Part shown: one piece after another, positions 9,211 to 16,804 of the stretch
How positions within the stretch are numbered: position 1 is the first letter of the stretch
Layout: each line of letters begins with the position of its first letter
Assembly: GCA_963675295.2 (NCBI GenBank)
Contig: CAXXKJ010000002.1
Coordinates: forward strand, 3,232,001 to 3,296,000
DNA from: a bacterium
Lineage (GTDB): Bacteria > Electryoneota > Electryoneia > Electryoneales > Electryoneaceae
Reading direction: 5' to 3'
DNA: 64,000 nt
Notes under the pieces: model-generated
The model's input: the letters and a program-made list of their open reading frames with translations, nothing else
What the model was told of the DNA's origin: nothing
Databases searched by the model: none
Made by a program: the position numbers and the translations under genes

Positions 9211-11445
9211 ATGAAATGGTACTTCCTACCCTTCTTTCTGCTCTGCTGCACCTTGGCCGGGTATGCCCAAGACAGCCTCAACGTCAGCCAAATCACTTCC
9301 CTGTACTCAATTTGGGATAGTGCCAGGGATGTTGCTGTCGCGGGCGACTACGCCTGTGTCGCGACAGATGAGTCAGGCCTGCGTGTACTCGATATCAGCG
9401 ATCCCGCCATGCCTGTAGAGGTTGGGTACTGCCGGTCGGCAGTACCTGCCCTTGGTGTTGCGATCCAAGGCGATTACGCGTATGTCGCCGCTGGCTATAG
9501 CGGCTTGCGTGTCATCGATATCAGTGATCCCACATCGCCGGTTGAGGTTGGAGTCTGTAGCTCGGTAATCAGCGCGAGAAATGTGACAGTTGAAGGCAAC
9601 TACGCATGTGTCTCATGTGAGACTTCCGGATTGCAGGTTGTAGATATCAGCGATCCCACAAATCCCACGTTGACCGGTGTCTACAGCGGCGCGTATATCA
9701 TTGACGCCGCCATGGCTGGTTCCTATGCCTACGCGATCCACGAGCTACAGGAACTGTCCAGCGAGCTGCTCGTTATCGATCTCAGCGACCCGTCCAATCC
9801 GACTGAAGTGTACTGGACCTACGGTATTGGCTATGCCAGGTCGATCACGATTTCCGAGGGCTATATCTATGTGGCTGAGTACGACTCAGGCCTGGCGATC
9901 TATTCAGTCCAGATACCGTCAATGATTTCAGTAGCGGGTGTTTGTGACACCCCCGGCCTGGCAATCGGTGTCGCAGTAGAGGGGGATTACGCCTGCGTCA
10001 CGGACAGCGAGTCCAGCCTCCGTCTGATCAATGTCAGCAATCCCTACGATCCCGTTGAGACTGGATTCCTGGACACTCCCGGCGAGGGATTTGGCGTGGG
10101 CATACACGGAGATGTTGCCTGCGTGGCGGACGGTGGCAGCGGGTTGCGTCTTGTCGATATCAGCGATCCATTCTCATTGGTTGAGCTTAGCGCCTACGAC
10201 ACCCCCGGCCAATTGAGCGGACTGACCTTTGCGGATGGATACCTGTATATGATCGACAACCCAGGTGGAGTCCGGGTGATCGATATCAGCAACCCTGCAG
10301 AACCGACTGAGACCGGCGCTGTCGCGACACCGGGCCTGGCGCGGGAAGTTGCGGTGCAGAACCAGTTTGCTTACATCGCCGATTCCTATTCCGGGTTGCG
10401 GATCATCGATGTCGGCGATCCTGCTGCTCCGTATGAGGTCGGTTTCTGCCAGCTCCCGGATATAAGTTACGACGTCGCTGTATTAGGTGACCACGCCTAT
10501 GTTGCCGAGGGTAGTGAAGGATTACGCGTAGTCGATGTGTCCGACCCAGCCGCACCAGTCGAAGTCGCTGTCTGCGATCCAAATGACGTTTCCGCCAGCT
10601 TTCGTGGCGTTTACGTTGAGGGCGATTATGTGTATGCCGCGTGCGGGTCTTTTGGACATTTCTACATCATTGACACCAGCAATCCGCTGAACCCGCAGGC
10701 GGTTGGGTACCTCGATCTCTCTGGAAATGCGAAGAAGGTTGTCGTGCAGAACGGAATCGCCTATCTCGCGATGGGAATCGGGATGAGAATTGTTGATGTC
10801 AACAACCCGGCCTTACCAGTTGAGATTGGATATTTCGATACTCCGGGAACCTGTGATTACCTTACGGTGGCCAATGAATTCGTCTATGCGTCCTGCCTGG
10901 GTTCCGGAATCCGTGTCATTGATGTCAGCGATCCCTCCGCGCCAGTCGAGACTGGATACTATGATACGGACTGGTATGCGCAGGGTGTCGCGGTCGAAGA
11001 CCAAACCGTGTACCTGGCCGACCTGCACGAACTGCTGGTACTTGACTGTTCGGATGCCATCACCCGCTGGCCGCTCGAAATCACCTTGTCCGCTGATGAA
11101 CCTCTGTTCGTGCAACTGGGCGGCAGTTTCAGCTTCGGCGCACACTTGGTCAGCCACCTGCAGACAACACGGTACGTCGACTTCTGGGCAGAAGCAGAGT
11201 TGCCTGACGGCAGCATGGTTGGCCCGATCCGCCGTGTCAACAATGTGCGGATCACACCTGCGACAACCATCGATATCGATGCTATCCAGCAGGATATTCC
11301 GGTAAATGCACCGACTGGAATCTATAACTATATACTCAAAGCCGGGAACTACCCGGACGTGGTCGCTGGCCGGGACGAATTCCAGTTCGAGGTCATCCCC
11401 ATGTCCGATGCTGTCCAGACTCAGAAGGTTATGCTCGTGAGGTAA
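9211..11445 (+). CDS. Secreted LVIVD-repeat beta-propeller protein with Ig-like domain; T9SS CTD missing except for the last 7 residues
   Basis: Signal peptide; about 13 YAYVA..SGLRVIDISDP..PVEVG repeats; ends FEVIPMSDAVQTQKVMLVR with no YPNPFN motif. Confidence 0.85.
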   Translation: MKWYFLPFFLLCCTLAGYAQDSLNVSQITSLYSIWDSARDVAVAGDYACVATDESGLRVLDISDPAMPVEVGYCRSAVPALGVAIQGDYAYVAAGYSGLRVIDISDPTSPVEVGVCSSVISARNVTVEGNYACVSCETSGLQVVDISDPTNPTLTGVYSGAYIIDAAMAGSYAYAIHELQELSSELLVIDLSDPSNPTEVYWTYGIGYARSITISEGYIYVAEYDSGLAIYSVQIPSMISVAGVCDTPGLAIGVAVEGDYACVTDSESSLRLINVSNPYDPVETGFLDTPGEGFGVGIHGDVACVADGGSGLRLVDISDPFSLVELSAYDTPGQLSGLTFADGYLYMIDNPGGVRVIDISNPAEPTETGAVATPGLAREVAVQNQFAYIADSYSGLRIIDVGDPAAPYEVGFCQLPDISYDVAVLGDHAYVAEGSEGLRVVDVSDPAAPVEVAVCDPNDVSASFRGVYVEGDYVYAACGSFGHFYIIDTSNPLNPQAVGYLDLSGNAKKVVVQNGIAYLAMGIGMRIVDVNNPALPVEIGYFDTPGTCDYLTVANEFVYASCLGSGIRVIDVSDPSAPVETGYYDTDWYAQGVAVEDQTVYLADLHELLVLDCSDAITRWPLEITLSADEPLFVQLGGSFSFGAHLVSHLQTTRYVDFWAEAELPDGSMVGPIRRVNNVRITPATTIDIDAIQQDIPVNAPTGIYNYILKAGNYPDVVAGRDEFQFEVIPMSDAVQTQKVMLVR

Positions 11446-11497
11446 CCCGAACATTTACAGTAAACTACCCTCGCAGCCACGGCATCCCGCCGTGGCT
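11422..11497 (+). repeat. 76-bp direct repeat, copy 2
   Basis: CAGAAGGTTATGCTCGTGAGGTAACCCGAACATTTACAGTAAACTACCCTCGCAGCCACGGCATCCCGCCGTGGCT. Confidence 0.92.
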
Positions 11498-11620
11498 GTT
11501 TTGCTCCCAGTGGCTTACCTTTTTTTGGATTCGGACTTGTTTTTAACATTTTCGACTAAATATTGCGCATATCCATAAAACAGAACGTTGTTCAACCCGT
11601 TGGGATAGGGGAGTATTACG

Positions 11621-13417
11621 ATGCGGAACTTGAGTGTGTTGTTGTTCCTGGTCATCATCCCGTCATTGGCCTTTGCGCAGCTCACGTGGACGGAAACCAT
11701 TGTCGATGCAGGATTTGATGGTGCATACAGCGTCACCGCCGCCGACTTTGATGGTGACGGCGACATGGACCTCGCCGGTGCGGCGTTCGAGGGTGACGAC
11801 CTCGCGTGGTATGAAAACATGGATGGCAGCGGCGAGACGATGACGAAGCATGTCATCACCGGCAGTTTCCTCGGCGCGATCAGCGTGTTCGCGGGTGATG
11901 TCAACAACGACGGCGTGGCTGACCTGATCGTCGCCGGCAACGATGCCGACAAGGTCCTGTGGTGGGAGAATGACGGCAGCGGCACGACGTGGACGTCGCG
12001 GGCCATCAGCCCCAGCTACGACGGCGCGTACTGCGTCTACGGCGAAGACATGGACGGGGACGGCGACCTCGACATCCTCGGCGCGGCCCGCTATGACGAC
12101 GAAATCACGATGTGGGAAAACGTCAACAACGGCCAGGTGTGGATCGAACACACCGTCGCCAGCGGCTTTGACGGCGCGTACAGCGTGCACGCCGCCGATG
12201 TGAACGGGGATGGCTTCATGGACATCCTCGGCGTCGCCCGCTTCGACAATACCGTCGCGTGGTTCGAGAATGACGGCGACGAGGTGTTCACGCCGCACCT
12301 GATCGAGGATCAGTACCCGGCCCCGTGGGACGTACACGCCGGCGACATCGACGGGGACGGCGACATGGATGTCCTCTCGGTCGCGCGCTACGCCGGTGAG
12401 GTCACGTGGTGGGAAAACGACGGCAGCGGCATGGACTGGTCGATGCACACGTTGACCGATCACCTGACCGGCGCGTCCTCGGTGATGGCTGTTGACCTCG
12501 ACTTGGACGGCGACTGCGATGTGCTCGCCGCCGGTCATGGCGCGGATCACGTCGCGTGGTGGGAGAACTTGAATCAGGGCGAGCTCTGGGCCGGGCACCT
12601 GATTGATGACGCGATCAACGGACCGCGGACGGCCGATGTCGCCGACATCGACATGGACGGTCTGCCGGACGTGATCGCAGCTGCCTCCGACGACGACTGC
12701 ATCAAGTGGTACAAGCAGGGCTACCTGCATCCGCCGAACGGGCTTTCGTTGAAGCTGCTCCCGTTCGTGACGACCATCCCCGGCACCGGCGGGCAGTTGT
12801 TCTACAAGGTGTATGTCAACAACACCACCGGACACCTGCAGTGGGGCAATATCTGGACGGAAATCGAAACGCCGGACGGCAACGTCTACTCCCCACTCGA
12901 CCTGCGCGGGGTAACCTGGCGGCGTGGTGAATCAACCACCGACCTGTTCTCGCAGATCGTCCCCTACTGGGGCGAGGAAGGCGTGTACACCTTCACCATG
13001 AAGCTCGGTGCGTACAACCAGGGCGTGGTCTACACGTCCCACGACTTCACCTTCTACAAGGGCGCGCCGACGGTGTCGGAATTCGCCAGCTGGGGGTTGA
13101 ACGAAACGGTGTACAGCGCAACAACAGCAACAACTGATCCCTCAGTCCCGTCCGAATTTGCGATGCACACAGCCTACCCGAACCCGTTCAACCCGAGCAC
13201 GACGGTCGCGGTATCGTTGCCGTCAACCAGCGAGCTGACGGTACGGGTGACGAACGTGAACGGCCGTGAGGTGGCAACACTGGCGAACGGAACGTACAAT
13301 GCTGGCGATCACTCCCTGAACTTCAACGCACAAGGTCTCGCCAGCGGCCTGTACTTCATCCACGCCCATGTGCCGGGTGAATTGAACCAGGTGCAGAAAG
13401 TGATGCTGGTCCGTTAA
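11621..13417 (+). CDS. Secreted FG-GAP-repeat beta-propeller with Ig-like domain and T9SS-type CTD (paralog of 7264-9051)
   Basis: Signal peptide; DxDGDGDMD/WWENDG repeats; YPNPFNP...QKVMLVR. Confidence 0.88.
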   Translation: MRNLSVLLFLVIIPSLAFAQLTWTETIVDAGFDGAYSVTAADFDGDGDMDLAGAAFEGDDLAWYENMDGSGETMTKHVITGSFLGAISVFAGDVNNDGVADLIVAGNDADKVLWWENDGSGTTWTSRAISPSYDGAYCVYGEDMDGDGDLDILGAARYDDEITMWENVNNGQVWIEHTVASGFDGAYSVHAADVNGDGFMDILGVARFDNTVAWFENDGDEVFTPHLIEDQYPAPWDVHAGDIDGDGDMDVLSVARYAGEVTWWENDGSGMDWSMHTLTDHLTGASSVMAVDLDLDGDCDVLAAGHGADHVAWWENLNQGELWAGHLIDDAINGPRTADVADIDMDGLPDVIAAASDDDCIKWYKQGYLHPPNGLSLKLLPFVTTIPGTGGQLFYKVYVNNTTGHLQWGNIWTEIETPDGNVYSPLDLRGVTWRRGESTTDLFSQIVPYWGEEGVYTFTMKLGAYNQGVVYTSHDFTFYKGAPTVSEFASWGLNETVYSATTATTDPSVPSEFAMHTAYPNPFNPSTTVAVSLPSTSELTVRVTNVNGREVATLANGTYNAGDHSLNFNAQGLASGLYFIHAHVPGELNQVQKVMLVR

Positions 13418-13442
13418 GACTCCCGAATATTTCTGTAAATCC

Positions 13443-13470
13443 AAAAGCCGCAGCAGTTTGCTGCGGCTTT
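13443..13470 (+). terminator. Rho-independent terminator (possibly bidirectional)
   Basis: AAAAGCCGCAGCA-gtt-TGCTGCGGCTTT. Confidence 0.8.
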
Positions 13471-13507
13471 CTCTGTTATCAGTTTATCGACGATTTCGCG
13501 ATTTAGC

Positions 13508-13536
13508 TTGCATATCAAGAATACTAATAGTAGGTT
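13508..13536 (+). promoter_or_regulatory. Possible sigma70-type promoter
   Basis: TTGCAT-N17-TAGGTT in AT-rich DNA upstream of 13688. Confidence 0.35.
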
Positions 13537-13687
13537 CATGCATATGCGAAAATGGGGTTGGCACAGGGGATTCACTTCCGCATTGTTAGTCACGTTAGAT
13601 TTTGCAGATTAACTGAATGTGGTTTGGCTAACATGATAACCGAGCTATCCGCCTTGACAGTGTTGGGCTTTGGGAAAGGGGAAAACC

Positions 13688-16372
13688 ATGCGACGTGTAA
13701 CGTTCATCTTTTTAAGTGCCCTGTTCATGGCATTAAGTGGTCAGTTGCTGGCAAACACCGCACTTCATTTTGACAGTAACGATGAATATGGTGATGTTCA
13801 GCACGCAGCACACTACGATATCGGAACAAGCGATTTCACAGTCAATTGCATTGTTAAGTTTGATGATTATTCAGAAATACACCAAAACTCTATTTTATTT
13901 AAAGGAATACCAAATAGTAATTATATACAGCTAGAATATACCTATCCAGAAATGCAAAGATTGAAATTTGCGGGACGTGGCCTACCTGATAACGAATGGA
14001 TAGCACAAATAACGGACTGGATACCGACATTAGATGTCTGGTACAGCATTGCAGGGGTACGTACAGGTGATACCTTCACGATCTATTTGATTGAATGTGC
14101 TGACGTTTCGCAAGTATTATCGGCAGTTGATATTGTTTCTGGCGTGGGAAACCCAACGACAACAACTCCGTGGGTAATCGGAGATGGAGTGGGTTACCAT
14201 CGTGAGTTTCTGGGAGACATTGACGACGTTCGTTTTTGGGATAGAGCTCTATCACTACAGGAACTACAAGCGTACGCTACCACAGAAGTCAACCCTTCTG
14301 ATTCCGGGTTGTTGGGATACTGGCAGTGCAACGAAGGAAGCGGTAATGTCTTACTGGATAGCTCTCCTTATCAAAGACATGGTGAACTGATCGGTCCAGT
14401 CACGTATGTCAACGCGGACTGGTACACGGGCGGTCCAGTCGGTGATCTCGTCTTTGATGATTTTGAATCGGGATTTCAATCCCCGCCATGGACTGAACTG
14501 GATCCTCACGTTGTCATTGAACCAGATGGTCACAATGGTTCAACCCAGTGCCTTGCGTTGTACAATAATGAACCCTGGTCGTCAGGGTTTATCACAGCAC
14601 CTATTGTCCCGCAAGATGGACTTGTGATGGAATGTTGGGTTCAACGGCGTCCGAACCAGAACAACAGGAACTACTTCTGGTTCAGTTTGACCGACGGACC
14701 TCCCCCCGACCAGGGACAGCAGGGCATGAGATTCCGCTATGGAGCGTACCAGCATGAAACAATTTGCGTTTTCTGGAACAACACGCTGCTAACTGAGGTT
14801 CCAATCGATTTTGATTATGATTGGACACTGCTGAAATTGGTTCGTTACGATAATGGATCGTGGGATGTCTATTGGGATAATGAGCTCATTATTTCAAGCG
14901 TCTCAGATAATTTCGGAACGTTGGCTGATCCTCACATCAACATTTTGGGCGATGGCTTCTACAACGAAGGCGGCGTCCGGATTGACGATATTCAGGTCAT
15001 GGAAGGCAGTGGATATCCTTTCTACGAAGTTGACGACGACACCGAAGCCCTGTGGCGGTTCAACGAAGATCCCGGCACCTACACCGCGTATGACGCCACC
15101 ACAAACAATCACACGATGGCGTTGACTGCCGGCGCGGAGTTCACTGGGACAAACGTATTCAACGGCTCGGTCGATTGCACCGGTCCGACGGCTGTCGCCA
15201 CGAACTTTGACCAGATCGGCAACAGCTGGGACGCACTCTCGATTGACGTGCATTTCATGGCAACCGTCATTGGTGATGACAATACGCACCCGTTGGTCAC
15301 TCGCTATCGGTGGCACAACACTGCAGATCCGTCCTACCTGTTCTGGGTCATGCCGGATGGGTCATTGTTCGGCAAGGTGTACATGAACGAACCGGGTGGA
15401 GTGTCGGTTTGGGGAGAAACGGGACCCGGTGTGATCGAGACGGGTCAGTGGTACGATGTGCAGATGACGTGGTCGTCGGACAACACGCTGAAGATCTACG
15501 TTGATGGCGAATTACTCGGTGAAAGCACCATGACGGAAACCGGTGTGGTTCGTCCCGGCGACGATCCGCTGGAAGTCGGTGCCGTGTATTACACCGGCTA
15601 TCCGCCCGAGTTCTTCACCGGTTACATCGACGAAGTACGGATCTCCGACATCGACCGATCCACGCAGGAACCGCCGGATGGTCCGGTGACCCTGACGTTG
15701 ACGCCGTCCAACACGACAATCCCGCCGGGCGGCGGCACGTTGACCTATGACGTCCATATCGTCAGCACATTGCCAGACCAGTTCAACAATGTGTACTACT
15801 GGACCAACCTGATTTTACCGGACGGCAGCGAATACCCCCAAGGCGGATGGCTGATGTCGCAGCATGTGATCCTGCGGCCGTTCATGGATGTCACTCGGAC
15901 AGAGTTTACCCAGAACATTCCAGTGTTTGCGGACCCGGGTGATTATGAGTTCCAGGCGCACTTCGGCTATATGGGCGGTATGTATGCCAGCGACTCCTTT
16001 GCGTTCACGAAGTTGAGCGGTACGTCCAACGGGAATGAGGTCATCGACTGGAATGCAACTGGGAATCTTGGGTTGGATAATCCCGATCTGAATGACCCAT
16101 TGCCGGACGAATGGGCGGTCGCTGCTGCAACCCCGAACCCGTTCAACCCGACAACGACGATACGTATCGCATTGCCGGAGGCGGCTGAGCTGACCGTCAC
16201 CGTGACCAACATCCTCGGGCAACGGGTAGCGGTTTTGACCAATGGACTGCAGGAAGCCGGCGAACATTCACTGGTCTTCGACGCACGGGGATTGGCCAGC
16301 GGCCTGTACTTCATTCACGCTCATGTGCCGGGTCAGCTGAACCAAGTGCAGAAGGTGATGCTGGTCAGATAA
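13688..16372 (+). CDS. Secreted multi-LamG/concanavalin-A-like protein with Ig-like domain and T9SS-type CTD
   Basis: Signal peptide; FLGDIDDVRFWDRALS, GLLGYWQCNEGSG and FTGYIDEVRISD LamG signatures; TPNPFNP...QKVMLVR. Confidence 0.85.
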   Translation: MRRVTFIFLSALFMALSGQLLANTALHFDSNDEYGDVQHAAHYDIGTSDFTVNCIVKFDDYSEIHQNSILFKGIPNSNYIQLEYTYPEMQRLKFAGRGLPDNEWIAQITDWIPTLDVWYSIAGVRTGDTFTIYLIECADVSQVLSAVDIVSGVGNPTTTTPWVIGDGVGYHREFLGDIDDVRFWDRALSLQELQAYATTEVNPSDSGLLGYWQCNEGSGNVLLDSSPYQRHGELIGPVTYVNADWYTGGPVGDLVFDDFESGFQSPPWTELDPHVVIEPDGHNGSTQCLALYNNEPWSSGFITAPIVPQDGLVMECWVQRRPNQNNRNYFWFSLTDGPPPDQGQQGMRFRYGAYQHETICVFWNNTLLTEVPIDFDYDWTLLKLVRYDNGSWDVYWDNELIISSVSDNFGTLADPHINILGDGFYNEGGVRIDDIQVMEGSGYPFYEVDDDTEALWRFNEDPGTYTAYDATTNNHTMALTAGAEFTGTNVFNGSVDCTGPTAVATNFDQIGNSWDALSIDVHFMATVIGDDNTHPLVTRYRWHNTADPSYLFWVMPDGSLFGKVYMNEPGGVSVWGETGPGVIETGQWYDVQMTWSSDNTLKIYVDGELLGESTMTETGVVRPGDDPLEVGAVYYTGYPPEFFTGYIDEVRISDIDRSTQEPPDGPVTLTLTPSNTTIPPGGGTLTYDVHIVSTLPDQFNNVYYWTNLILPDGSEYPQGGWLMSQHVILRPFMDVTRTEFTQNIPVFADPGDYEFQAHFGYMGGMYASDSFAFTKLSGTSNGNEVIDWNATGNLGLDNPDLNDPLPDEWAVAAATPNPFNPTTTIRIALPEAAELTVTVTNILGQRVAVLTNGLQEAGEHSLVFDARGLASGLYFIHAHVPGQLNQVQKVMLVR

Positions 16373-16626
16373 AGACAGTGCTCAGTGCTCAGTACTCAGC
16401 GGTCAGTGGTCTGTGTGTGTTGCCATAGCCTATAGCCCACAGCCCAGAGCCTGGCTTTAATGGTCTGTGGTCTGTGATAAGGAAACTCGAGCCCGACGAT
16501 GTTGTCGCCGGGCTTCCTCGTCCCTGCAGCCGGGGACAATTTTGTCCCCAAAGTGTCCCCGGTTTTACTAGCCACTCATCACTCTCAGCTCACACTCACC
16601 ACTCACAACTCATAACTCACCACTGA
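16372..16626. repeat. Composite intergenic repeat: degenerate heptamer arrays plus a CCGGGGACA...TGTCCCCGG palindrome
   Basis: (CTCAGTG)n, (CCATAGC/CCACAGC)n and (CTCACAA/CTCACCA)n arrays; palindrome at 16530-16564. Confidence 0.7.
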
Positions 16627-16804
16627 TTCATCCCACCTCTCCCGCTCTCAACTTTTTCGTGATTCAGGCGGCGAATTCCTTGTCCTGCCGTGATCAAGAC
16701 CGCATTTTTCTCATTCCGGAGGGGAGGGCATGGACACTCCGGCCTCATCCGTGATTCCTGAACGTGTGCATACAGCTTTGAACCTGGAGTGAAAGGAGAC
16801 CGTC

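Noticed and set aside
7248-16790. Recurring AACCTGGAG upstream of array genes (about 7249 and 16781, also 43030)
   Set aside because: Short, and it overlaps the Shine-Dalgarno core GGAG; it cannot be distinguished from an ordinary RBS or chance.
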